Assembly (NCBI GenBank): GCA_963793265.1
Contig: CAWBZI010000002.1
Span: forward strand, 32,001-96,000
Direction: 5' to 3'
DNA length: 64,000 nucleotides
Source: an uncultured cyanobacterium
GTDB lineage: Bacteria; Cyanobacteriota; Cyanobacteriia; Phormidesmidales; Phormidesmidaceae
Of the stretch, positions 40,249-50,123 are shown piece by piece; position 1 is the stretch's first letter; the number at the start of each line of letters is the position of its first letter. The translations under genes and the position numbers were made by a program. Under the pieces are notes generated by a model, which saw only the letters and a program-made list of their open reading frames with translations, did not search any database and was not told the origin of the DNA.

Positions 40249-41133
40249 ATGACAAACATCATCCCTACCAGCGGCGATGGCGAAATTACTCCCGTAGACT
40301 ATCGCGCGACTACCCAAAAACCCTCTAGGCTACTTCGCTTTCTACCAGCCAACTTATCTTCAAACCGCCCTGCCATGCGGCTATTGTCATTGGTTCTCTT
40401 TTTTGGCATCTGGCAATTTTTGTGCGTTATTGGCTTCGATTTCTTTATAAACTTTCAGCTAGTTCCCTCTCCAATGGAAGTTTCTAAAGCTACAGTTGAT
40501 TTTTTTCTAGACGCTCCGGGCGTACACATTCGCTCTAGTATTGTTCGGGTGCTAGCAGGTTTTGTCTTTGCCTCGGCCTTTGGTATTGTGATGGGAATGT
40601 TTATCGGCTGGTTTCAGCTAGCTGAAGACCTGATGATGCCTTGGCTAGAGCTGCTAAGACCGATTCCAGCAGTCGCGTGGATTCCGCTGGCAATTTTAAT
40701 CTTTCCAACTGCTGAAACGGGGATGATTTATATCACTTTTATCGGCGCGTTTTTTCCAGTTTTAATTAGCACCATTCGCGCGGTTGAAAACATCCTGCAT
40801 GACGTTGTGTTAATTCGCGTAGGCCAGTGCTTAGGTGCTAAACAATGGCATATATTTAAAGACATCGTGATACCGGGTTCGTTACCAGGTATTGCAGGCG
40901 GCTTAACTATTGGCATGGGAAATGCCTGGTTTTGCCTAGTTACCGCTGAGATTTTGGCAGGGCGATATGGCGTGGGCTACATCACTTGGGAGTCGTATGT
41001 AACCTCTAACTATCCGCCGATTGTGATGGGCATGTTATTGATTGGTCTGATGGGCGCGTTTAGCGCATGGGCAGTTGAGCGCGGAATGCAGGCCCTGATG
41101 CCTTGGCGAGTGATTAAAAAACAGAATGCGTAG
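40249..41133 (+). CDS. NitT/TauT ABC permease
   Basis: LRPIPAVAWIPLAI, LVTAE, GVGY. Confidence 0.92.
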   Translation: MTNIIPTSGDGEITPVDYRATTQKPSRLLRFLPANLSSNRPAMRLLSLVLFFGIWQFLCVIGFDFFINFQLVPSPMEVSKATVDFFLDAPGVHIRSSIVRVLAGFVFASAFGIVMGMFIGWFQLAEDLMMPWLELLRPIPAVAWIPLAILIFPTAETGMIYITFIGAFFPVLISTIRAVENILHDVVLIRVGQCLGAKQWHIFKDIVIPGSLPGIAGGLTIGMGNAWFCLVTAEILAGRYGVGYITWESYVTSNYPPIVMGMLLIGLMGAFSAWAVERGMQALMPWRVIKKQNA

Positions 41134-41226
41134 GTTAGGTTGAGCCCCAACCATCAACAGCCGTGCCCCGCCATCCCACCCGCGCGAAACCTAACATCTA
41201 TCAACACAACCGCAGGAGCGATCGCA

Positions 41227-42051
41227 ATGATTCAAAAAACACCTCCTAAGTTAAAAGCACCTGTAGAGCCAACTAAAGGCTCTGTGCAGGTAGAAGGGGT
41301 TTCGATGATCTTTGGGAAAAAAGGCCGAACAGCTCAGGTGCTAGACTCCGTTAATTTTCAAGTGAAGCCGGGTGAGTTTGTTTGTCTTTTGGGGCCTTCA
41401 GGCTGCGGAAAATCGACGCTGCTCAATATTATCGCTGGCTTTATCAAACCCTCAGCGGGCTATGTAATGGTAGATCGAAATCAGGTAGTCAAGCCAGGTG
41501 CGGATAGAGGTTTCGTTTTTCAGCAATACTCACTGCTGCCTTGGAAAACAACGTTTCAAAATGTGGAACTAGGTCTTAGAATCAAAGGAATGCCGAAGGC
41601 TGAACGAGAGGATATAGTCGGCGAATATTTAAACCTAGTTGGGCTAGGCAAGCATCGCGATGCGTATCCAGCGCAGCTCTCTGGCGGGATGAAACAGCGG
41701 GCAAGTATTGTTCGCGCATTGGTTAATTCGCCATCGGTGTTGCTGATGGATGAACCGTTTGCCGCGCTAGACGCGCAGACCCGACAGATGATGCAAGAAC
41801 TGCTGTTAAATATCTGGGAAACGCTGAAGACGACGATTGTATTTGTTACTCACGATATTGAAGAAGCGGTGTTTTTAGGCGATCGCATCTTCGTTATGGG
41901 CGTACAGCCAGGGCGCATCAAAGCCGAGATACCCATCTCTTTGAAACGGCCTCGCCATGTTGATGATATGCTTGCGCCAGAATTTACTCAGCTAAATCGG
42001 CAGGTCTTCAGTCTGATTCGAGAAGAAACGCTCAAAAGCATGGAGATATAA
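41227..42051 (+). CDS. NitT/TauT ABC ATPase
   Basis: GPSGCGKST, LSGGMKQR, LMDEPFAALD, VTHD; GCAGGAG RBS before 41227. Confidence 0.93.
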   Translation: MIQKTPPKLKAPVEPTKGSVQVEGVSMIFGKKGRTAQVLDSVNFQVKPGEFVCLLGPSGCGKSTLLNIIAGFIKPSAGYVMVDRNQVVKPGADRGFVFQQYSLLPWKTTFQNVELGLRIKGMPKAEREDIVGEYLNLVGLGKHRDAYPAQLSGGMKQRASIVRALVNSPSVLLMDEPFAALDAQTRQMMQELLLNIWETLKTTIVFVTHDIEEAVFLGDRIFVMGVQPGRIKAEIPISLKRPRHVDDMLAPEFTQLNRQVFSLIREETLKSMEI

Positions 42052-42133
42052 AAGGTTCTGTTACTTGTTCGCGAGAGAAGCAACCGGCTGCGAGCTTGAG
42101 ATCACTCAATGAGAGCAGCTTTAATACATTCTT

Positions 42134-44242
42134 CTACAGCGCAGACAAAGCCCTTTCCAAAAGCTCCGGCTGTATCCAGGTATCTAAGTTCAATTCACCT
42201 AACGCCTCGTTGCCTGCAATGGCTGAAAGCTGCTCGATATGCTCTGCAACCCAGTCCGTACGGATTTGGGTATCTGGGAAAAATAAACCTGTGCTATCCG
42301 AGCGCTGATGCGCCAGAGTTTTTATAACAATCTCGGGAGCGATTCCTGCCCAAGTACTCACCAAAGAAAGCGCGCTTGGCGTTGTCTCGTACCAATACTG
42401 TGCCGCTATGAGCGCCTTTAGGTAGGCAGTTACTAGCTCAGGGTGTTCCTCAGCTAGCGCTTCTCTGACCACAACGCCGTGGAACGTCGGCAGTCTATCG
42501 GCGTCACCCTCTAGCAAGCGCCGAAACTGTCCCTTATGGCTAGCGATATCGTGCAGCGGTGCAAAATATGCATAGCCATCGGCTTGTGGGTTGCGTGGCG
42601 TTAGCCGATGAATACTCAGATTATCAATAGAGGTAAGTGTCACCTCTGGCAGTAGATCTGCCCGCGCTAGCGATCGCATAATCATGCCGTGAGCCGCAGA
42701 GGCGAAAGGCACAGCGATTATCCGGTCGCGCAGGTCATCCCAACTCACCAGTGAAGAGCGATTGGGCACAATCACCGTATTCCCGGCACCGTCGGGGTTA
42801 CTAGCAATAAAGCTAACTAGCCGAGTTTTGGTCAGGTGCGTTTTTGACTGAGACAATTCTGTAGAGAAACTTTGTGAGTCTGTTGCTGAAGGCAGACCGC
42901 TGAGTAGTAGAGGATAGTCTCCCAATATGCCAATATCTAGCTGGTCAGACTGTAGCCCAGCGACAATGGGTGCTCCCGATGTAAAGTCGCGCCACTGAAC
43001 CTGATATTCAGCGCCCTGATATCGCCCACACCGAGGTAGAAAGTGTTCGAGCAGCCCTAAATGTTGAATGATTAAGCCTGCCGTTACCGTTTGAATGGTT
43101 CTATTTTGGGTGCCGATTGCGATCCTTAGCGTTTCAGATTTACGCTCGTCAGATCCGATATGCCTATGGTATGAGGTCTTAGAATGTACGGATGTCTGCC
43201 AGCGAACAGGTAGCTTAGGCGCTATCTGGGGGATCAAACCAGATTTTTTACCCTTGGTTGGAGAAGTTAATTTTTGACGGCGGCTGTATCCTGTTCTCTC
43301 GTAGACGAGCTGAACGAACTGCTGTAATGGTTTTTGAAAGCTACGCGTTTGAGACTGATAGTCGCGTTTGCCCTGTTGCTGGGGGTGCAGCATAAACAGC
43401 TCAAAATTCAGCGGGAATTCTTGTAGCGAAATTGCGGTGAGTATTTTGGCTTTTCGCTCCATCTGAAACTGGAAGCTAGATGCAAATCCCAGATAGTGCC
43501 CCTGACTGAGGAAGGTACTCATCAAACTAGGAGATTGTACAATCTCGCGGTTGGGAAAATCGGATAGCTGCAAACCCAGTTCGCTGAGCCGACTGGCTAG
43601 CACCATCGAGTCCGGCGTGGAAGCTTCTGGCAGTGCCCAAACTTCCTCAGTCAGTTCTCGCAGGCTTAACCACTCGCGAGTAGCCAACCGATGATCGGCT
43701 GCTACTACTAAAGAGTACTGAAAGCTATCAACCGGAATAGCCTCTATTGCTTCAAAGTCTTTTGTGTTATCCGAAAAGATATTTTCTGTAGCAAGCGATT
43801 CAGAGAAAGCAGCGTCAATATCGCCTGCTGCAACTGCCTGATAGATGTCTTGCACTGTTCTAAATGACACGCATTGCAAATTAACCTCAGGATACTTCTG
43901 CCGGTAGGCAAATACAATTTTGGGCAACCATCCGCTGGCAATATTTGGCGTACAGCCAATCTTTAGCTGGTTAAACTTCCTTTGTTTTATGGCTTCAATT
44001 TCTTTAGTTAGACGGCATTCTAAATCAATCAAACTAGGCCCAGCATTTAGCAAATAGTTTCCTGCTGCCGTAAGCTCTATTTTGCGACCAAGGCGGTTAA
44101 ACAAATCGGTTGATAGGCTTACCTCTAAAGACTTTATCTTAGCGCTGACTGCGGGCTGAGTCAGGCTGAGTTCGTCAGCAGCTTCTGTAAAGCTAAGCCG
44201 ACGAGCTACTGCTAAAAAAACCCTGAGCTGGTAGATTTCCAT
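42134..44242 (-). CDS. LysR-family regulator fused to a C-terminal SsuA-like binding domain
   Basis: N-terminal LysR HTH (SFTEAADELSLTQPAVS) and effector domain, then ~330 aa paralogous to the 38468 binding protein. Confidence 0.88.
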   Translation of the reverse strand: MEIYQLRVFLAVARRLSFTEAADELSLTQPAVSAKIKSLEVSLSTDLFNRLGRKIELTAAGNYLLNAGPSLIDLECRLTKEIEAIKQRKFNQLKIGCTPNIASGWLPKIVFAYRQKYPEVNLQCVSFRTVQDIYQAVAAGDIDAAFSESLATENIFSDNTKDFEAIEAIPVDSFQYSLVVAADHRLATREWLSLRELTEEVWALPEASTPDSMVLASRLSELGLQLSDFPNREIVQSPSLMSTFLSQGHYLGFASSFQFQMERKAKILTAISLQEFPLNFELFMLHPQQQGKRDYQSQTRSFQKPLQQFVQLVYERTGYSRRQKLTSPTKGKKSGLIPQIAPKLPVRWQTSVHSKTSYHRHIGSDERKSETLRIAIGTQNRTIQTVTAGLIIQHLGLLEHFLPRCGRYQGAEYQVQWRDFTSGAPIVAGLQSDQLDIGILGDYPLLLSGLPSATDSQSFSTELSQSKTHLTKTRLVSFIASNPDGAGNTVIVPNRSSLVSWDDLRDRIIAVPFASAAHGMIMRSLARADLLPEVTLTSIDNLSIHRLTPRNPQADGYAYFAPLHDIASHKGQFRRLLEGDADRLPTFHGVVVREALAEEHPELVTAYLKALIAAQYWYETTPSALSLVSTWAGIAPEIVIKTLAHQRSDSTGLFFPDTQIRTDWVAEHIEQLSAIAGNEALGELNLDTWIQPELLERALSAL

Positions 44243-44488
44243 GGCGTGATCGCGAGCATTACAGCAACGCTTTAAGGGAACCTAAACAAACTGTAAACTG
44301 GCTTGAGATTGACTCACAAATAAGCCTCTACTTTGTCGGGAAAACAAAGCTTTTACTTATCAACATGCTTTGATAAAAATGGCTTGCCAATGATAGTCAC
44401 TTCAGCAGCCTATAGCTTCCACTGCTGTAAAAACTAGACTTGCTATTATCTGTTTTTATGAGTGTATAAGATAGATTGATTGCTAAAC

Positions 44489-44504
44489 TGTGCGTTTTGA
44501 TACA
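44489..44504. promoter_or_regulatory. NtcA-like site (GTG variant)
   Basis: TGTG-CGTTTTGA-TACA = GTG-N8-TAC, between the LysR and flavoprotein genes. Confidence 0.5.
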
Positions 44505-44774
44505 CATCGTATAGGGTTTATTGCTGAGTCTATTAACATAGTCACATAAGAAATAAATCAGATTTGTTGTTCCAAGATTCCCTTGTCATCTATATCCAAT
44601 GCGTAGCTTCGCAAGCAACCTTTGTGTTTTTCGCTTCGATCCTTTGAAGAATTTGGAACTACAGAGATCGAGATTGTGTAGATCGAAATAGTCAAGAATC
44701 TGAGTTCTACAGTCGAGCTAAGCACTTCGTTTTGTTAAGGCCCGTATAGCCACCCTTACAACTGAGGATTTTGT

Positions 44775-46478
44775 GTGAATATTCAGCATCTACAAACAGA
44801 TTTTTTGGTGATTGGCGGCGGTACCGCAGGTACGATGGCTGGCATTAAAGCCAAGCAGGCTAATCCCGAGGCAGACGTGCTGATTCTAGAGAAAGCGAAC
44901 ATTCGCCGGAGTGGCGCGATCGCAATGGGTATGGACGGGGTTAACACCGCTGTTATTCCTGGTAACTCTACTCCTGAGCAGTACGTTCGAGAAATTACCA
45001 TCGCCAATGACGGCATTCTCAATCAAAAGTCGGTTTATCAAACCGGACGCTGGGGCTTTGAGGTGATTCAAGAGCTAGAAAGCTGGGGCGTAAAGTTTCA
45101 AAAAGACCGCGAAGGTAATTACGATCTTAAGCAGGTACACCGCGTAGGTAAGTATGTGCTTCCTATGCCCGAAGGCAAGGATCTCAAAAAGATTCTTGCT
45201 CGCCAGGTAAAACGCCATAAAGTGAGCGTTACCAACCGCGTTATGGCCACTCGCGTCATGGTAAAAGAGGGTCGCGCTATTGGAGCTGTCGGCTTTGACA
45301 CGCGCAAAGGAGACTTTGTGGTGATTCAAGCTAAGGCGGTAGTGCTCTGCACCGGAGCCTGTGGAAGACTGGGCCTACCCGCTTCAGGCTATCTGTATGG
45401 CACCTATGAGAACCCTACCAACGCGGGCGATGGCTACTCTATGGCTTACCACGCAGGAGCCGAACTCACAAATATTGAATGCTTCCAAATTAACCCCTTA
45501 ATTAAAGACTACAACGGCCCAGCCTGCGCCTACGTTGCTAGCCCCTTTGGAGCCTACACCGCTAATGCCGAGGGCAACCGCTTCATTAACTGCGACTATT
45601 GGAGCGGTCAAATGATGCTGGAAACCTGGAAAGAATTAAACTCAGGCAAAGGGCCGGTACACCTCAAGATGTATCATCTAGACGACGATACCATCTCAGA
45701 GATTGAGCGGGTATTGTGGGCTAACGAACGGCCTAGCCGCGAGCGGTTCCACGAAGGCCGAAAGCAGGACTATCGAAAACATGGCGTCGAGATGAATATC
45801 TCGGAGATCGGGCTTTGCAGCGGTCATAGTGCCTCCGGGGTTTGGGTAAATGAGAGGGCAGAAACAACAATACCCGGTCTGTATGCCGCTGGCGATATGG
45901 CCAGCGTACCGCATAACTATATGATTGGAGCCTTTGTCTCTGGGCGACTTTCAGGCATCAACGCCATGGACTACATTCAGACACTAGAGCATGTAGAGCC
46001 CGATGAGGATTTCCTTGCTGCGGAGAAAGCTCGCATTTACGCACCGCTGAGTCGCCCGGACGGGGTTCCACACACTCAGGTGGAATATAAGCTGCGTCGC
46101 TATGTGAATGACTATCTTCAGCCGCCAAAGTCTCCTACCAATATGGATATTGGTCTGGCTGCTTTTGAGAACTATCATGAAAGCTTAGACATGATGGGTG
46201 CAACAGACCCGCACGAGCTGATGCGCTGCATGGAAGTTCACTTTATTCGTGACTGCGCGGAGATGGCTGCTAGGGCTTCTCTTTACCGAAAAGAGAGCAG
46301 ATGGGGCCTGTATCACTATCGACTAGACTATCCTGAAAAGAATGATGAGGAGTGGTTTTGTCATGCGAACTTGAAGAAGAGCGCAACAGGCAATATGGAA
46401 ATGTTTAAGCGGGCAGTGGAGCCTTATATTGTGGACGTAAATATGGAGCAGGAGGTTTACGATGTGGCGGTAAGGTAA
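44775..46478 (+). CDS. Fumarate reductase/SDH-superfamily flavoprotein, AprA-like
   Basis: GGGTAG FAD motif, RSGAIAMG..VN, TNAGDG, GLYAAGD, RKESRWGLYHYRLDYP. Confidence 0.88.
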   Translation: MNIQHLQTDFLVIGGGTAGTMAGIKAKQANPEADVLILEKANIRRSGAIAMGMDGVNTAVIPGNSTPEQYVREITIANDGILNQKSVYQTGRWGFEVIQELESWGVKFQKDREGNYDLKQVHRVGKYVLPMPEGKDLKKILARQVKRHKVSVTNRVMATRVMVKEGRAIGAVGFDTRKGDFVVIQAKAVVLCTGACGRLGLPASGYLYGTYENPTNAGDGYSMAYHAGAELTNIECFQINPLIKDYNGPACAYVASPFGAYTANAEGNRFINCDYWSGQMMLETWKELNSGKGPVHLKMYHLDDDTISEIERVLWANERPSRERFHEGRKQDYRKHGVEMNISEIGLCSGHSASGVWVNERAETTIPGLYAAGDMASVPHNYMIGAFVSGRLSGINAMDYIQTLEHVEPDEDFLAAEKARIYAPLSRPDGVPHTQVEYKLRRYVNDYLQPPKSPTNMDIGLAAFENYHESLDMMGATDPHELMRCMEVHFIRDCAEMAARASLYRKESRWGLYHYRLDYPEKNDEEWFCHANLKKSATGNMEMFKRAVEPYIVDVNMEQEVYDVAVR

Positions 46479-46575
46479 TCGCCCGCTCTACGAAGAAATG
46501 CCAGTGCTCTTCATTCTCTGACTCACGCCCCTAGCTCGCACCCAAGCCTCTTAACCTTCATTCAAAACTCTCCTT

Positions 46576-46803
46576 ATGGCCTTAGCAACTCAGCGCGTCG
46601 ATGTTCCCGTTATTGTAGACGAATCTAAATGTCTTGAAAAATGCGTTGCCTGCATTGAGGTATGCCCGCTTGACGTCTTAGTGAAGAATCCAGAAACCGG
46701 CAAAGCCTACATGAAATACGACGAATGTTGGTTCTGCCTTCCTTGCGAAAAAGAATGTCCTACCAATGCCATCACCGTTCAAATTCCGTTTCTGTTGCGC
46801 TAA
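46576..46803 (+). CDS. 2x[4Fe-4S] ferredoxin, AprB-like
   Basis: CLEKCVACIEVCP and CWFCLPCEKECP. Confidence 0.92.
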   Translation: MALATQRVDVPVIVDESKCLEKCVACIEVCPLDVLVKNPETGKAYMKYDECWFCLPCEKECPTNAITVQIPFLLR

Positions 46804-46818
46804 GGAAAAGCTTCGACC

Positions 46819-47808
46819 ATGACTACAGATATCACTACCAGTCTCGATCCTGAAGTCGCGCAGTGGGTAGATATGTTGAGATCACAAGACCTCAGCGATC
46901 GCCTCGTTGCTGCTAAAGCGCTTCAGCACATGGGTGACGAGGACACCATTAACGCTCTTATTGATGTTCTTGATGATGAGAGCCCTGCGGTACAAGAAAT
47001 TGCTATTACAGCTCTATGGGAGATGGCAAACCCAGTTGTGGTCAAACCTTTGCTGAAATGCCTGGGCTCGGATCGCGAAGAAGCCGTCAGAGGAGAAGCA
47101 CTCTCTGCGCTAAAAGAGATTATCTCCCCAGACGATCTGCTCACGCTACTAGACGCAATTCATATAGACGATGAACAGATGCAGCTTAATGTGCTGATTC
47201 TACTACGAAAAATTCACGACGCCCAAGCACTTGCCTATGTTCTACCGTTCTTTAAGTCGGATAGTTCCGCCCTCAGAGAAGCGTCAATAGTCACCCTACG
47301 CTATCTTAATCAGGTCGTGCGCTGCGAGCCTGCTCTAGCGCTGACCAAAGACCCAGTTGAACAGGTTCGTCGTTCGGCAATGCTGACACTTGGCCACTTA
47401 ACCGACGATGCGGTAGTGCCTCTACTTTGCGAAGCGGCAACTGCTGATTTTGACTGGCAAGTGCGCCGTAACGCGGCCCAAGCTTTGGATCTTCACCACA
47501 CAACAGCCGCCCTGCCCGCGCTTATTAAGGCTATGGGAGACGAACATTGGCAGGTTCGTAAGTTTGCGGCTCGCGCCTTGCAAGCTGTTGCGAACCAGAC
47601 TGCCATACCCTGCATGATTAAAGCCCTTTCAGATGAATATTCTGATGTTCGGAAAGAAGCTGCGATCGCACTCGGAAAAATCGGCCATTCTGACGCCCTA
47701 CCCGCCCTACAGCAAACGCTAGACGACCCTGATAGGGACGTGCAAATCTTCTCTGGGCGCGCCATCCAATCTATTCAGAAGCAGCTAGCGGAAGTGCCCA
47801 ATGCCTAA
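46819..47808 (+). CDS. HEAT/PBS-lyase repeat protein
   Basis: Repeated D...VR..AA.ALG.I units. Confidence 0.9.
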   Translation: MTTDITTSLDPEVAQWVDMLRSQDLSDRLVAAKALQHMGDEDTINALIDVLDDESPAVQEIAITALWEMANPVVVKPLLKCLGSDREEAVRGEALSALKEIISPDDLLTLLDAIHIDDEQMQLNVLILLRKIHDAQALAYVLPFFKSDSSALREASIVTLRYLNQVVRCEPALALTKDPVEQVRRSAMLTLGHLTDDAVVPLLCEAATADFDWQVRRNAAQALDLHHTTAALPALIKAMGDEHWQVRKFAARALQAVANQTAIPCMIKALSDEYSDVRKEAAIALGKIGHSDALPALQQTLDDPDRDVQIFSGRAIQSIQKQLAEVPNA

Positions 47809-48904
47809 TCATCCCTCTCCTTTGGTTTCTAACACCTATTCAGTGCCCGACGCTGCACCTGAAAATCTTGCTATAGAAGCCAGAAAACAACAGGTGACGG
47901 CGTACCTTAGAAAAGTCATTGAACCCACGCTTAACAACAATATTGTCGAACTGGGTATGGTTCGCAATCTACGCGTGACTGATGACTACGTTTATCTGAA
48001 ATTATATATTGGGGCTCATCAACACTTTCTTCAAGATGAAGCCCAGCGGGTTTTAGACAATCTGAGCTGGTGTAAGAAAGCCTATATTCAGCTTTGCACA
48101 ATTCCGGGCGTGCGCACAACGCTGGCCATTTCTAGCGGTAAAGGCGGCGTAGGCAAATCTACAACGGCGGTGAACCTGGCCGCTGCACTGACTAAAGCCG
48201 GAGCAAAAGTGGGCGTTCTAGATGCGGATATCTATGGCCCTAATGTCCCTCAGATGCTGGGATTAGGCCATGCCGAGGTAGAAGTTGTAGAGACAGCCCA
48301 AGGAAAAAGGTTTAAGCCGTTGGAGGCTCATGGTATCAAGGTGATGTCGGTGGGTTTGCTAGCCGGGCCTGACCACCCGCTGGCTTGGCGAGGGCCTGTG
48401 TTGCATAAAATTATCACACAGTTTATTCAAGAGGTGGATTGGGGGGAGCTAGATTATCTTTTAATTGATCTGCCGCCAGGGACAGGCGATGCTCAAATCA
48501 CAATTATTCAAGAGAGTCCTATATGCGGGGTGGTGATGGTGACAACGCCGCAGCAGGTTGCGGTATCTGACGTGCGGCGCAGCATTTATATGTTCCATCA
48601 GGTAGGGGTACCCGTGTTAGGAATGGTAGAGAATATGAGCTATTTAATCTGTGAATGCTGTGGCGATCGCACGTCTATTTTTGGCGAGGGCGGCGGCGAG
48701 CAGATAGCCAAAGAGCTGTCTGTTCCACTCTTGGGAAAAGTGCCAATCGACTCCAAAATTTGTCAGGGCGGTGATGATGGAAAACCGCTTCCGCTAGTAG
48801 ACGAAGCGGCACCGCTTTCCGTTGTCTTTGGCGCGATCGCCGCAGGCATCAATCAAACCTTTACGCCTAGCCTATTAAACCTGTCGTCTACGGCATCAGG
48901 CTAG
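47801..48904 (+). CDS. Mrp/ApbC Fe-S cluster carrier ATPase with N-terminal DUF59-like domain
   Basis: SGKGGVGKST, DADIYGP, WRGP, DLPPGTGD, ENMS..CECC. Confidence 0.92.
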   Translation: MPNHPSPLVSNTYSVPDAAPENLAIEARKQQVTAYLRKVIEPTLNNNIVELGMVRNLRVTDDYVYLKLYIGAHQHFLQDEAQRVLDNLSWCKKAYIQLCTIPGVRTTLAISSGKGGVGKSTTAVNLAAALTKAGAKVGVLDADIYGPNVPQMLGLGHAEVEVVETAQGKRFKPLEAHGIKVMSVGLLAGPDHPLAWRGPVLHKIITQFIQEVDWGELDYLLIDLPPGTGDAQITIIQESPICGVVMVTTPQQVAVSDVRRSIYMFHQVGVPVLGMVENMSYLICECCGDRTSIFGEGGGEQIAKELSVPLLGKVPIDSKICQGGDDGKPLPLVDEAAPLSVVFGAIAAGINQTFTPSLLNLSSTASG

Positions 48905-48946
48905 GCTTCGTTCGGCTAAAGCTTGAAGTGAGATCAACCATTTGTA

Positions 48947-49963
48947 GTGCTACAGAGAATGAAGTCTTCAGGAGAATCTGAATTTAATTTAGCGATTCAA
49001 AAAGCGTTGCATCGTTCGGTAACAATACACTTCACGCTCCAACAAGTGCTATTTTTGAGCATTGCAAGCTGCTCCCTAACGCCTTGGGTTTCACCGCCCA
49101 TCGCTCTAACATCAGGAATGGGAGTGGCCTTGACCATTCAGAATCCTTTCCTGCACACCAGCCGATGGCTCGCTCGCCAGCTTTTACAGCTCTGCGTTAT
49201 CCTGCTCGGCTTTGGCATGGATTTAGCGATTGTGCTGCAAGCAGGTCAAACGGGCGCTACATTTGCGGCAATCAGTATTGGCATGACGTTAGCAATAGGG
49301 TACTGGCTTGGAGCGTGGCTCAAAATCCCAGTGAAGATTTCTATCTTAATTTCGGCAGGCACAGCAATCTGTGGCGGTTCTGCGATCGCAGCAGTCGCGA
49401 CCGTCGTTGGTGCGGCAGAGCAAGAGATTTCGATCGCAATAGGCACCGTTTTCTTACTCAATGCCGCAGCGCTCTACATTTTTCCGCTGCTGGGGCACGG
49501 TTTGCATCTATCTCCAGACCAGTTTGGTATTTGGGCAGGCATTGCTATTCACGATATTTCTAGCGTTGTCGGTGCTGCGTCGTATTTTGATACAGCGTCG
49601 TTGGATATCGCAACGGCGGTTAAACTCTCTCGGACGCTCTGGATTGTTCCTATCTCGCTCATTTTTTCATTTCTGTTTCAGCGCCAGCAGACTCGACGCA
49701 CAAGAGTACGTATCCCCTGGTTTATTGGTTTATTTCTATTGGCATCGCTCGCAAGGACGTTTGTGCCGAACGTCGTAAACTGGTCGCCTGCGCTAACGCA
49801 ATTTTCAGAAGCTGGATTGAAGCTGACATTATTTTTGATTGGAACAGGACTATCGCTACAGGCACTAAAGGCAGTGGGTTGGCGGCCCATTGCTCAAGGA
49901 ATAGTGCTATGGGTTGTTATCAGTATTAGCTCTCTTGGCACGATTTTGCAGTTAGTCCGCTGA
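48947..49963 (+). CDS. YeiH/putative sulfate exporter (PSE) family
   Basis: GTAICGGSAIAA, WAGIAIHDISSVVGA, VKLSRTLWIVP. Confidence 0.9.
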   Translation: MLQRMKSSGESEFNLAIQKALHRSVTIHFTLQQVLFLSIASCSLTPWVSPPIALTSGMGVALTIQNPFLHTSRWLARQLLQLCVILLGFGMDLAIVLQAGQTGATFAAISIGMTLAIGYWLGAWLKIPVKISILISAGTAICGGSAIAAVATVVGAAEQEISIAIGTVFLLNAAALYIFPLLGHGLHLSPDQFGIWAGIAIHDISSVVGAASYFDTASLDIATAVKLSRTLWIVPISLIFSFLFQRQQTRRTRVRIPWFIGLFLLASLARTFVPNVVNWSPALTQFSEAGLKLTLFLIGTGLSLQALKAVGWRPIAQGIVLWVVISISSLGTILQLVR

Positions 49964-50123
49964 GCAGTATGGGTAACAATGCTGCTTGAGTTATTCGCGC
50001 TTGAACTGAGCTTCAAATTCTCGATAGCTCTCTACTTTGCTATCCTACTCTTGAAACGCTTCTTTCACTATTGAGCAAAGTTAAGCAAAAAAGCGCTCAC
50101 ATAAATTTTGACCCCTTCTACTT

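Noticed and set aside
44775..46803. Assigning sdhA/frdA, nadB or aprAB symbols
   Set aside because: No membrane anchor, Fe-S subunit of the SdhB type or sat/qmo genes; only superfamily-level similarity can be supported
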